From Takakia lepidozioides (lineage: Eukaryota > Plantae > Bryophyta), in contig CM060733.1 in the NCBI GenBank assembly GCA_030704615.1, positions 65,410,001-65,474,000 on the forward strand: 64,000 nucleotides of DNA, written 5' to 3'. The notes under the pieces were generated by a model. That model was not told where the DNA came from, made no database searches, and saw only the letters and a list, made by a program, of their open reading frames with translations. Numbering within the stretch: the first letter of the stretch is position 1; each line of letters begins with the position of its first letter. The position numbers were made by a program, and so were the translations under genes. Positions 1-12,295 of this stretch are shown piece after piece.

Positions 1-540
1 TTGAGGACATCTTTGATGCCGATGACAATGACCTTGCGGACAGCAACGAAGCCCTTAGATTTGCGAAATGATGAGAAGCGGAAGAGCAGTGCAGGCTCCA
101 ATAATGGAGCATCTGGGTCACAAGTACCCACCAATCATCGTGTAACGTGTTCATCACGCCAGCGGTGGATGAACCGATACCTCTTTATCATCCACGGGGT
201 ATAGTTTGAAATCTGCCACCGAAGTCCATCCCCCGGATGGAAATTCGGCGCCGCATTTACATCGAAGGGGGGATGGACTTCGTCGTCTCGAGTGGCTATA
301 GGCCCACCTCGCACTTACTACCCATAGTTTGCATGGCAGGGAAGGAAACTGAAACGGCTACATTCATGGATGAGCCAATCTTCATCCGTGCAGGTTCCTG
401 TTGGGGGAAAATTTAAATGTGTTCTGGAGTGTTTGTGAGGAATTGCAGCGTTTGCTTGAATTTCTTCCAGCCACCGCGCTGCTGCCTCCTCCATCCGGGA
501 GCTGCTGTCATTGAGTGTACCGCGCTACTCTTTTTCAGGG

Positions 541-1110
541 ATGCCGTGCCGCCGAAATCCTGCTGACTGCCCTTATCATGGCCACGATTATGCTATGTTC
601 AAACCAGAATCAGGAGACATCATTGTCTGGCTTTCAGTTTTCACAGACGCTTCTGGAATCAAGCGGGAGTCTTTGCGCGCAATGGAGGGCTATTACCGCT
701 TTGAGCGAGGTGAGGACGAGGGTCAATGCGGTCCGTGGGTCCTGAAAATTGTTGACCTCGATATACCAAGGTGGAATGGGATGCCGGACAGATCACGCAC
801 GGCCTCACTTTGGCGCTGGAACTGCTGCCAGTGGACCAGGGAGGACGGCACCGGGAAAAACTATATTCGTGGAGTTCACTCCGCTTTTCCAGTGTATGGA
901 GACATTCGGCTGAGTTGCGAAGACGAATCGCACGGGCACAGGAGGCCCACAGTGACCTTGTCAATGTATGATGGTGGTATGATTGATGGGCATGACATTG
1001 TTGTCAGCTCCACCCAGGGCACCAGATCGACCGCATTGCAGTTTACCTCGAGGTGCCGCATCAGTAATGAGATTGTTTTGAGGGCTATCGAAGTTCCGTC
1101 GACTTGGTGA
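541..1110 (+). CDS. Unknown ~189-aa protein (gene X), MULE cargo
   Basis: Intact ORF starting MPCRRNPADCPY. A clear diverged paralog at 54928-55460 (-) shares MPC..N..DCPY, Y.FERG.D.G...PW.L.I.D, RWNCCQWT, P.YGDIR and DGGMI.GHDIVV. Confidence 0.65.
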   Translation: MPCRRNPADCPYHGHDYAMFKPESGDIIVWLSVFTDASGIKRESLRAMEGYYRFERGEDEGQCGPWVLKIVDLDIPRWNGMPDRSRTASLWRWNCCQWTREDGTGKNYIRGVHSAFPVYGDIRLSCEDESHGHRRPTVTLSMYDGGMIDGHDIVVSSTQGTRSTALQFTSRCRISNEIVLRAIEVPSTW

Positions 1111-1379
1111 CACCCATGTAGAAGGAGGAAGGGCTTTAGATTTGTCCTAAATGTGAGACACCGTGTTCGATCAATAAAACAACCCATCGTACCTCACTTC
1201 TGTGTGCTTGTGTTTCATCATCGTGTTCAAGAACTGCCGTAATTGGCCCACTGTTTACAATTTGAGGTCTCATTTCTACAATGTGTCTGTCCATATGAAT
1301 ATACCAGAGTCAGCGATATCAGAGTCCTGAGATGAAGAAAATCCATGTATGAGTTGTAGGAAACATGTACATGCTGAAG

Positions 1380-2430
1380 CTCGGAAATTCGGCACCGCAT
1401 TCCATTTTCTCCATGCAGCGATTTCTGGCAGCTCCCTTTCCTCCGTTGTCGTCGTAACGGAAATGATGTACAACATTTCATTTCCTGACATGGCATTACC
1501 ATACTTCGAATTTGAAATGCGGCGCCGCATTTCCATATTCGACCTTGAACTATCCAAGCATGTCCAGTCGCTAATGCTTGTCCATGTCCATACTTGAAAT
1601 GCGGCACAGCATTTCCGGAGAGCACAATGGAATGCGGTGCCGCATTTCCGTGAAAGGGTCTGGAATTGGACAAACAACGATGGAAGTTCTGGAATGCGGT
1701 GCCGCATTTCCATGTCTATCATCAAAATATTGAATCGGACAATGGAATGCGGTGCCGCATTTCCATGTCTATCATCAAAATATTGAATCGGACAATGGAA
1801 TGCGGTGCCGCATTTCCGTCCATCAAGACGAAATACCCACACGGGTCTGGAATTGGACAAACAACGATGTCTGTTTTGGAAATGCGGCGCCACATTTCCC
1901 ATGTTGGGCAATTGAAAGTTTTTATAGGACAATGTAAGTTTTTATAGGAAGATGGAATGCGGTGCCGCATTTCCGTCAAAGGGTCTGCAATTGGGCAAAC
2001 AACGATGTCCCTTTTGGAAATGCGGCGCCGCATTTCCATGTACGTCATCGAAATTTCTTATTGGACAATGGAATGCGGTGCCGCATTCCCGTCTAGCATC
2101 ATGGAATTGGGAGCCCAAGAACGTCGATGGGTCTGCAGTTGGAAAAATGTCCATCTCCAAAAGGTAAATGCGGCACCGCATTTCCATGTTCGACCTCCGC
2201 ATTTCGATTTACATCCATGGAAGGAGCTGGCAATAAGCAAAATTGCCTTGTCGGAAACGGAAATGCGGCACCGCATTTCCGTTTGTCCGAACAGTTTCTG
2301 ATGTCCAAACCATGAAACGGAAATTTGTTCTTGCCCCGGTTTTGGAAATGCGGTGCCACATTTCCAAACGAGGTTTTTGCAGTTGCCACATTTCCGTTCA
2401 GACATTGATATGTGGTGCCGCATTTCAGAT
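1380..2430. repeat. Array of 22-bp palindromes GGAAATGCGGYRCCGCATTTCC with short recurring spacers
   Basis: Read directly. Inverted homolog at 48495-49200. Confidence 0.95.
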
Positions 2431-5400
2431 TTTGGGAGGGACTAGGTTTGGACGATGTTGTCGTAGAGAGGCAAATGGGAGAGGGGACATGAAGGACGGG
2501 GAGAATTTCCTTTATATACTTTGGAATAGAATTTAAATGTACAGAGAGTTCATTAAAATTCTATTAATCTTGAAAATCATCACTATCGTCGTCCTGTCCT
2601 TGACTGTTCTGCTCCGCCTCCACCCCGTCATTGCCTTTCTCATCTCCACCGGACTGCTCGTTGGCCAGGCTTTCGAAAATCCCATCTTCACCTTGTGGAA
2701 CCGACCATCTCACCTCCGTTGGCTCATCGTCCTCCCTGTCTGCATCGCTCTCATCCGCTGAATCACATATGAACTTTCGCACCCGTCTACCTGTCTCAGC
2801 TGTTGCCAACTCTTTCCTTATCCTTCTGTCCTCCCTAGCCCTCTCCAAAATCTGCTCTACTTTACTGGGATTCTCACATCGTCTAATCGCTGTATTTGCT
2901 AGTTTTGCTGCATAACTAGGAAGGGAGTAGTCCTTCACCGGGCTCGTCATAAAGTCGGCCCTCGCAAAGAACGGGACATTCTTCCTGGCAGGAAGTGTAG
3001 GCCCTACATGTTTCGACCCGGATCCTGGAATCCTGCACATAACAATCACCAACGAGACCAATGAGAACCACAGTCCGGAAATGCGTTTGACAAAAAATCA
3101 CCCAGAAGGCTTTGCAAACTTACAATGTTTGCACTCACTCGTATTGCGGGTTCTCCTCGGCATCAATGTCCACTGTCTCTTCCTCCAACTCCGACGAATC
3201 CGAGGAGTCATTGGCTTTGATGGGAGCCTTCACATTCCGTTGCAGCCCTTCCAGATGGGATCCCCAGACGGATGTGTCCTCCTCGTAGGCAAAGAGGTGC
3301 CGGTCGGAAAACCGCCCAGCCCACATTGAGGCACCTGTTACAATGTCATCCACACATTATGACATGGCCCTTCAGATGTTGCGAATGAAAGCATAACGAG
3401 AGTTTGCAGAAAAGCATACAACAAGATTCTGCATACCTGTCCCACAGATGAGGTCGAGCACTGTGCCCTCCACGTCAGTGCATGTCTCCATAATTGTCTG
3501 AATGAAGGCAGGGCTCCGAGTGCGTGAATACCGCAGGGGTTCAGTTGAAGTGAGGCTATGAGGGAGAAGTTCCGTGGGAACGTTGTTGAACAAGACGTCG
3601 TAATCGATGGGGTCGCAGTTCGGGTCAACCAACAATCCCTCCTTCCGGAAAGCAAAGGTCGAGTTCTCCTTCACAAAGCAGTATGCATCGAACTGCTTCG
3701 TCTGCATACACCGTGGGGAACGATTAGAAATCAAATGCGGCACCGCATTTCAAAACTCCTAAGCAAATGAAAGGACGAGTGCCAAGGTCGTAATTACCTT
3801 CTTCCCTTCCGACCGAAGGCCCAATGTGTTGATGCACGTCCACTTCTTCTTCAGAATTGGGACGGCGCTCTTGCGGGTCCACTTCGCAATTCCTGTCTGC
3901 GTGTTTTTGCCTCTGCTCGCCAGGACAACCACACAGCCTCTGTCGTCCAACACCATGCGGGCGAGCCCGAATCCTTTCTTCCAAAAGTCCTCGGAGTACC
4001 TGTTCCAAGATGGCAAAGCTTGCAGTCCTTCCACAGGCTCTCCGTCCGGAATATCCAAGATGATCATATCGCAAGACCACTCGGTGGCATTTCCACCCCT
4101 CCTGCAATCCTTGTCTGCACACACCCTCTCAAAGAGCGAGACCATCTTCAGAAACCCGGGGGTGTCGGAAGGCTCTTCGGTAGCCGCCTTCTTCAGTGCT
4201 CTGCCCTTCAGACCCTCCATGGTCTTCATGTATGCCAACTTGGCTGCCCGTCCATCCAAAGCCGCCAAGAAACTCTCATTCACACACTGGACTACTGTAT
4301 CGGGATCCACTTTCGGCCTCTTCATTTCCACCGGCTCGAAAGGGTGCCCCCCCAGGGGGTTGAAGAGTGCCTTCTTTGTCGAGCCAGTTCTCGTCCCTCT
4401 CGTGACAACGGTGGGCACATGGGATTTTGGCTGCGTCTCGGGGGGTGGGCTGGTTGCAAAGTCTCCATCGGAGTCCTCTTCCTCACCCTCTACCTGCACT
4501 ATCTGTTTCTGCTTCTTCGTTTTCTTGGGTGTCACAACTGCTGCTCCTTGCTGGTGAGTCCGCTTCTTGGACCCCTTCTGTTGAGCCTGCACAGCTGCAT
4601 CCACCGTCTTCTGTGCCATCTCAGCTGCCTTTCTGGATTGTTCCAGAGCAGCAGCTTCCTTTGCCGACTCTGGCCGAGCAGGGACACGTCTTTCCTTTCT
4701 CTTCTCTTCTGCTTTCGCGTGCAGATCTTTCTCAGACTCGTCAACAATTCCGCCAGACATGTCCAGGTACCACGGGCATCCAACCAGATGCGCGGCATGC
4801 CATTGTTTCTGCATCTCGGGTGTGTAGACACAGCTTGGGCCCGCCACGGTCCAAGCCATGAAGAACGGGGGCTCTTGAGCCAGGGCCCCTGTTTGAAGAA
4901 GCACGTATTTCATATACCTGCAGGGCAGTCAGCATGCGTGAGCAAAAGTTGAGACCAACGTACTCGCAGAGTGCAACCAAAAACATAAAATGCGAATGCG
5001 GTGCCGCATTTCCCAGACAAACCTCATTACCATGCTTGGCATACAAGGACAGCTGGGCTTCACTTGTAAACAATTCGCATTGCAGCTTTTCCCGCTCCCT
5101 CCTGATGTGTAAATTCCACGCTCATTCTTGCTGTCTGCAGCTCCCTGGCAAAGAGATTGTCCTTGTAAGCACATCTGAAACGTGTCACGTAGTCTTCCAA
5201 TGTCTGTGTTCCATCCCATTTGACGTACAAGCTGAACGAATTTGTATGCATTACGACTTGCTCCTTCGCATTTGTCATTACCTGCGATTCCCACATGCAT
5301 TGTCACGTAGCAGTTCAGGGAATTCATTTCAGAAAAGCAAATCTGGGGAAGTACCTTGAATTACCTGGAACCACCAAGTCATGCGGTTGAGCCACACATC

Positions 5401-7287
5401 CACTACAGGGTCGGAAACTTCGAGTGGAAAAGACCACATTGTCCTTATACTCTCCGATGCATTCCAGATCGACAGCCACCGTGTCTGCCATTTCCGATCC
5501 AATGTCAGGAGCAGGAAGAAGAGTGGCTATTGCTAGGAAGGAACTTCAATGAATTGAAACATCACCTTCTCTTTTGCTTCAACACATGCCGTTGAGAGGT
5601 GATGCAGTTTCTCCAACTGCATGGTCAGCTGCATGGCCCGAGAATAGTGTTTTGCAATCTCGGGGATGAAGTCCTTTCCAAGTGCCGGATCTGCAATGGC
5701 CACCAGCTTCGCAAGCTTTGACTTGTATTTTGTTCTGGACTTGACCCCGGCTTCCTTCAAGTGCTCAGTCAATGACTGCAGCGTTTTGACCTGCCCCTCA
5801 CTTTCCATGAAGAAGCGTTTGGCATGGGCCAAATCCAGCTTGATGTTTGACTGCCAACAAAAACATGCAGAAGCGTTACATTCGATTCATGTGGAAAGAT
5901 TACCGGAAATTGAGGAAGGATGAGTAGAGGGAAATGGGAGGACGACTTACTTCGTATATCACCTCCACCATTCCATCCATAGTGAGACAATACCATGTCC
6001 GGTCAGTTTTTGCCACGGCTTTCTGAATGAGCTCGGGCTCCAACATTTCCGCGAACATGTGCGGATCAGTGAGACCAGTTTTCCTCACCCTGTACAGCAT
6101 ATGTGCCATGTGGGTATGCACGTACGCATTTTCAGTGACCCTGCAAGGCACACTCTTCAGTTCAGTCCATGAAAGCACGGAAACAAAACAGATTGGAAAC
6201 CGAAATGCAGCACCGCATTTCGAACGTGCTTGGGAGGGTATGAGTATCTTACGAGTTGAGGTCCGCCATGGCATTCTTGAGCAGGGAGGAGTCTGCCGCC
6301 TTCACCTTGAGGATGACACACTCCACCATGTAATGCCAGCCAATGTGCTTGGCATGGTTCTGCTTGATGTACTCCCACCAGGCGAGAAGTCGGTGATTCT
6401 CGTCCCACACAAAGAACATTTTACCCGACATATGGCCGAAGTCGGGATCACCCTTCAGTGTTGCCTCGAATTCGTTGTTGCGAGTGTGCCAGTGGGTATC
6501 CCATGTTGACAATTCCTCCGCAGTGGGTCCACGAGATTCGCCGTCCTCATTCTCAAGGGAAACGTAGAAGGCTGGCGAACCTAGACGGTACCCTTCTCGA
6601 AATGCGAACTTGAGCTTATCCACATCTCCGGGAAGTGCCTGCCTGACGATGGGAAGGGTGACCATGCGACAGAGTGGGATTCGAAGAGTCCGCTGGAATA
6701 CCCTGCTGGAGGTTAGCTATTTCATGAGCATGAGCGGCATGAGCGGCATGAGCGGAGTAGTAAGACAATCGGTTTTCATGAGCAGAAGTACAAATTTCAA
6801 AAATAAAAAACAATAAAAAACAATAATTTAATGCAATGTGTCAGGAAAAACAAATATATTATTCGGCCCCTTGAAGGGAAAATTGTAGTTTTGACAGTTG
6901 TGCTCATGATATTTCGTCTTCCGCTCATGCCAATTCCCAGCGACATGTGCAAATATGGCGCCGAATTTCGCGGTAATAGGGTCCGTAACCTGAAAAAACG
7001 GCGACGTATTTCGCGGTAATAGGTCTCTCTGGCGAAAAATGGTGCCGAATTCCGCGGCTATAGGTCCCCTCATGACAGGTAATTCGGCACCATTTTTCCA
7101 GTGCATGTCCAGACTTAGCCAGTTTTCGGCGCAAAATAGGGAAATTCGGCGCCATTTTTCTAGACACTATACCAGTGCATGTTGGGACTTAGCCAGTTTT
7201 CGGCCCAAAAAAAAGAAATTCGGCGCCATTTTTCCAGACACGGTACCAGTGCATGTTGGGACTTAGCCAGTTTTCGGCCCAAAAAAG

Positions 7288-7901
7288 AGAAACGGTGCTC
7301 CTCTCTGAAATCTGGCGCCACGAGCCTGGTTGTGTACTGCGAAAGGCTCTGCAGAAAATGGAACCCACAAGAGTCTGAAACCACATTGTCTCATGCAAAC
7401 AGAAAATTAGGCGTGGCTCGGATATGCATTCCATTCTGGAGGTGAAGCGACGATGTGGATATGACTACATTCATGGAAGTAGGTTTCCAGGACAAGGGAC
7501 TGAGGCAGATCGTTGTTTCGTATTCAAAATGTCCACGTGTGGACCTGGCAGCGGCATCGAACTGGTCGACAGGATGACGAGTGGGGACTTGTCAAACAGT
7601 TGGGTCATGTTCGACCATATCAAGCGAATTACAAATCACCAGTGGATGACAATGGATGCACATGTCTACGACACCCACTGCAGGATGCTAATGACAATTG
7701 CTATTTGTGAGATGAAAGGAGAGGACACACAATCGGAGATGTTTTTTTGGCAGGGAATAAACGAATAGATGGCCAAGGCGGGATTGCCCCCTCCCAATTT
7801 CCGTGGTTTCATGGCGGACAACGCACAAGCAAATTGGGCTGCCATCCGAAGGGTGTACGGGCAAGACCCCAATGTTCCCATGGAAGGCAAGGAGAGATCA
7901 T
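7288..7901. pseudogene. MULE transposase fragment, split by an internal inversion
   Basis: Plus strand 7373-7901 reads MHSILEVK...MFDHIKR...FMADNAQA...GKERS. Minus strand 7288-7372 carries the continuation SCGFHFLQSLSQYTT. Both are homologous to 16450-17060. Confidence 0.85.
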
Positions 7902-7902
7902 T

Positions 7903-9090
7903 CGGGCCCCCCAAAGAAAGTCCTGTCGGGGGGTCAGGCCGAAAACTGGCCGACATAAAAACCTCCCCCAAATGGAAAAACGGCACTGAATTTCCATCCG
8001 GGGCCGTTCGGATGCAGTCGGCCCGGGGGGAGAGGCCGGCACCTGGCCGTCACATTACAACCCCCGGACGGAAAATGGGCACCGAATATACAATAGGGGA
8101 AGCCCGGATGAAGTCGCCTCGGGCGCAGAGGCCGGCGCGTGTGCGACAGAGAATATCCCCTGGATGGAGATTCGGTGCCGAATTTACATCCGGGCCCCCC
8201 CAAAGGAAGTCGTGTCGGGGGGTCAGGCCGAAAACTGGCCGCAATAAAAACATTCCCAGATGGAAAAACGGCGCCGAATTTCCATCCGGGGCGGTTCGAA
8301 TGCAGTCGGGGAGGGGGGAGAGGCCGGCACCTGGCCGTCACATTTCAACCCCCGGACGGAAATTCGGCACCGAATATCCAACAGGGGACGCCCGGATGAA
8401 GTCGCCTCGGGCGTAGAGGTCGGCACGTGTTCGACAGAGAGTATCCCCTGGATGGAGATTCTGCGCCGAATTTCCATCCGGGCCCCCCCAAAGAAAGTTG
8501 TGTCGGGGGGTCAGGCCGAAAACTGGCCGACATAAAAACCTCCCCAGATGAAAAAACGGCGCCAAATTTCCATCAGGGGCGGTTCGGATGCAGTCGGGGA
8601 GGGGGGAGAGGCCGGCACCTGGCCGTCACATTTCAACCCCCGGACGGAAATTCGGCACCGAATATCCAACAGGGGACGCCCGGATGAAGTCGCCTCGGGC
8701 GTAGAGGCCGGCACGTGTTCGACAGAGAGCATCCCCTGGATGGAGATTCGGCGCCGAATTTCCATCCGGGCCCCCCCAAAGGAAGTCATGTCGGGGGGTC
8801 AGGCCGAAAACTGGCCGACATAAAAACCTCCCCAGATGGAAAAACGGCGCCGAATTTCCATCCGGGGCCGTTCCAATGCAGTCGGGGAGGGGGGAGAGGC
8901 CGGCACCTGGCCGTCATATTTCAAACCCCGGACGGAAATTCGGCACCGAATATCCAACAGAGCGGCGGAGAGGCCGGCACCTCTCCGACAGAGACCATCC
9001 CCCGGATGGAAATTCGGCGCCGAATTTCCATCGGGGCCCCCTTAATGGAAGTCGCAGAAACCTCCCAGAATGGAAAAACGGCGCCGAATT
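7903..9090. repeat. 288-bp tandem repeat (~4 units) carrying GGAAA-N3-GGCGCC-N3-TTTCC palindromes
   Basis: CGGGCCCCCC anchor at 7903, 8191, 8479 and 8767. Confidence 0.9.
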
Positions 9091-9159
9091 TCCGTCCGAG
9101 GCTGTTCCGATTTGCCTCTAGCAGTGAAGGATTCCAAGAAAAATCCGAAAAATCAATCG

Positions 9160-9950
9160 GACACGCTCAGAATTACCTGCAGGAAGGTAATTCAGCGCTT
9201 CGAAATTCCTGGCGAATGGAAATTCGGCGCCGAATATCCATACGCCAGCGATCCAACTTACCTGCTGGATGGAAATTCGAAGCTGGATTTCCATCCAGCC
9301 GGGATTCGAATTACCTGCTGGATTGGAATTCGGCGCCGGATTTCCATCCACCCGGGATTCGAATTACCTGCTGGATGGAAATTCGGCGCCGGATTTCCAT
9401 CCATCCGAGATTCGAGTTACCTGCAGGATGGAAATTCGGCGCCGGATTTCCATCCATCCGCTTCAGAATTACCTGCGTGAGGGAAATTTGGCGCGTCGCC
9501 CTGCCTGCGCGGATGGAAATCCGGCACCGGATTTCCATTCATCCGCTTCCGAATTACCTGCGTGAGGGAAATTTGGCGCGCCGCCCTACCTAATTTGCAG
9601 CGCCGACTTACCTGGAGGATGGAAATCCGGCGCCGGATTTCCATCCATCCGCGCTCCAAATTACCTGCATGATGGAAATTTTGCGCGCCGACCTACCTGG
9701 CGGATGGAAATCCGGCGCCGGATTTCCATCCATCCGCGCTCCAAATTACCTGCATGATGGAAATTTTGCGCGCCGACTTAGCTGGCGGATGGAAATCCGT
9801 TGCCGGATTTCCATCCATCCGCTCTTCGAATTACCTGCATGACGGAAATTTTGCGTGCCGACTTACCTGGCGGATGGAAATCCGGTGCCGGATTTCCATC
9901 CATCCGTTCTTCGAATTACCTGCATGACTGGAAAAATGGCGCCGAATTTC
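9160..9950. repeat. Short-unit tandem repeat with GGATGGAAAT(T/C)CGGCGCCGGATTTCCATCC palindromes
   Basis: Read directly. GAATTACCTGC spacers recur. Confidence 0.9.
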
Positions 9951-10559
9951 CGATTTTGGTGCCAGTCAGATCTGGGACTTAGCCATTTCCTGCCCCGAAC
10001 TGGAGAAATGGCGCCGAAAAAAAACAAAAAAAAATAAAAATAAAAATAAAAACGCCATTTTTCCAGTTCGGGGCCAAAAACGGCTAAGTCCCAGATCTGA
10101 CTGGCACCCAAAATCGGAAATTCGGCGCCGTTTGTCCAGTTCTGGGCCCAGTCAGTTCTGGCCCAGTCAGATCTGGGACTTAGCCATTTTCGGCCCCGAA
10201 CTAGAAAAATGGCGCCGAAAAGAAAAAAGAAAAAAAAAAAAAAAACCGCCATTTTTCCAGTTCGGGGCCGAAAACGGCTAAGTCCCAGATCTGACTGGCA
10301 CCCAAAATCGGAAATTCGGCGCCGTTTTTCCAGTTCTGGGCCCAGTCAGATCTGGGACTTAGCCATTTTCGGCCCCGATCTGGAAAAATGGCGCCGAAAA
10401 ACAAAAGAAAAAAAAAACAAAACGCCATTTTTCCAGTTCGGGGCCGAAAACGGCTAAGTCCCAGATCTGACTGGCACCCAAAATCGGAAATTCGGCGCCG
10501 TTTTTCCAGTTCTGGGCCCAGTCAGATCTGGGACTTAGCCAGTTTCGGCCCCGAACTGG

Positions 10560-10591
<32 letters not shown>

Positions 10592-11380
10592 GCCATTTTT
10601 CCAGTTTTGGGCCGAAAACGGCTAAGTCCCAGATCTGACAAGCACCCAAAGTCGGAAATTCGGCGCCGTTTTTCCAGTTCTGGGCCCAGTCAGTTCTGGG
10701 ACTTAGCCATTTTCGGCCCCGAACTGGAAAAATGGCGCCGAAAAACAAAAAAAAAAAAAAAAACACACCATTTTTTCCAGTTCGGGGCCGAAAACGGCTA
10801 AGTCCCAGATCTGACTGGCACCCAAAATCGGAAATTCGGCGCCGTTTTTTCCAGTTCTGGGCCCAGTCAGATCTGGGACTTAGCCATTTTCGGCCCTGAA
10901 CTGGAAAAATGGCGCCGAAAAAAAAAAAAAAAAAAAAAAACGCTATTTTTTCAGTGCGGGGCCGAAAACGGCTAAGTCCCAGATCTGACTGGCACCCAAA
11001 ATCGGAAATTCGGCGCCATTTTTCCAGTTCGGGGCCCAGTCAGATCTGGGACTTAGCCATTTTCGGCCCCGAAATGGAAAAATGGCGCCATTTTTCCAGT
11101 TCAGGGCCTCGAATATGGCTAAGTCCCTATGATGGCTGGAACCGCAACTGGAAATTTGGCACCATTTTTCCAGTTCCGCGCCCTATCAGATCTGGGACTT
11201 AGCCATTTTCGGCCCCGAACTGGAAAAATGGCGCCATTTTTCCAGTTCGGGGCCGAAAATGGCTAAGTCCTTAGGGTGGCTGGCACCAAAATCGGAAATT
11301 CGGCGCCATTTTTCCAATTCCGGGCCCAGTCAGATCTGGGACTTAGCCATTTTCGGCCCCGAACTGGAAAAATGGCACCG

Positions 11381-11417
<37 letters not shown>

Positions 11418-11715
11418 GCCTTTTTTGCAGTTCGGGGCCGAAAATGGCTAAGTCCCAGATCTGACTGGCACCAAAATCGGAAATTCGGCGCCATTTTTCC
11501 AGTTCCGGGCCTAGTCAGATCTGGGACTTATCCATTTTCAGCCCCAAAATGGAAAAATGGCGCCATTTTTCCAGTTCAGGGCCCCGAAAATGGCTAAGTC
11601 CGTAGGGTGGCTGGAGCCGCAACCGGAAATTCGGCGCCATTTTTCTAGCTCCGCGCCCAGTCAGTTCTGGGACTTAGCCATTTTCGGGCCCAACCTAGGA
11701 AAATGGTGCCGAAAA
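9930..11715. repeat. ~145-200-bp tandem units, each a fold-back (~40-45-bp arms) around a poly-A loop
   Basis: CTGGGACTTAGCCATTTTCGGCCCCGAACTGGAAAAATGGCG-(A)n-CGCCATTTTTCCAGTTCGGGGCCGAAAACGGCTAAGTCCCAG repeated. Confidence 0.9.
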
Positions 11716-11859
11716 TGGTTTACGAGTGAGTGGTCGCATTGTAAGTTGCCTCCTGATTTTGTGAGGCATCTCCCCTCGCTCTTTTATTTCATTGAAAGAC
11801 CGTTTCTGCTTCTGCTGGTATTGACATTCTTCAAGTGGATTTGTTCTTACTGTAGGAGG

Positions 11860-12295
11860 GACGTCTACACCGTAGTTCATGGGCAGGAGGAACGTGCATT
11901 TTTTTGCCAGGGGGGATTTCATGCCTAGTCCAGAAAGGGACTACATCCTTCCTACTTATGTTGCTCGGCTTGCTTCGGTGTCCATTAGGAGGTGTTCCGA
12001 ACCTAGTCGTGTACAGCAGATTTTAGACGAGGCAAGCCTCAAGAAAATGAAGATGAGGGAGGAGGCAACAGCTATTAGAGCCCGTCAGGCTCGTAGATTT
12101 GTCTTGGATTCAGCTGAGGAAAGTGGGGGAGAAGATGCAGAAGATTCCCAGGAGGTGAAGTGGACAGTCCCCCAAGAGGACGAGATTTTTGAGAGGCATA
12201 GTGGAACTGATGCATCACAGAGCTCGGAGGATGAGGGGGATGAGGGGGATGAGGAAGAAGGTGGGGCAAGTTCCTTGGAGGGTGTAGGAGAGTAG
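11860..12295 (+). pseudogene. Last exon of the cargo gene, diverged paralog in copy B
   Basis: FFARGDFMPSPERDYILPTYVARLASVSIRRC aligns with FFARADFMTSPVKDYSLPSYAAKLANTAIRRC (2564-3033). Confidence 0.85.

Noticed and set aside
1227-2536. Many overlapping ORFs with MEMRRRIS / KCGAAFP / GNAAPHF peptides (also 13.9-15.2, 29.2-30.4, 42.4-44.4 and 48.4-49.2 kb)
   Set aside because: They are translations of the palindrome in all six frames, with no frame-specific constraint.
2564-6700. Bacterial contamination explaining the ParB/MTase-like gene
   Set aside because: The gene has several GT-AG introns conserved in two copies and lies within MULE copies.
9863-11597. Poly-Lys / poly-Phe ORFs
   Set aside because: Artefacts of poly-A loops in the repeat.
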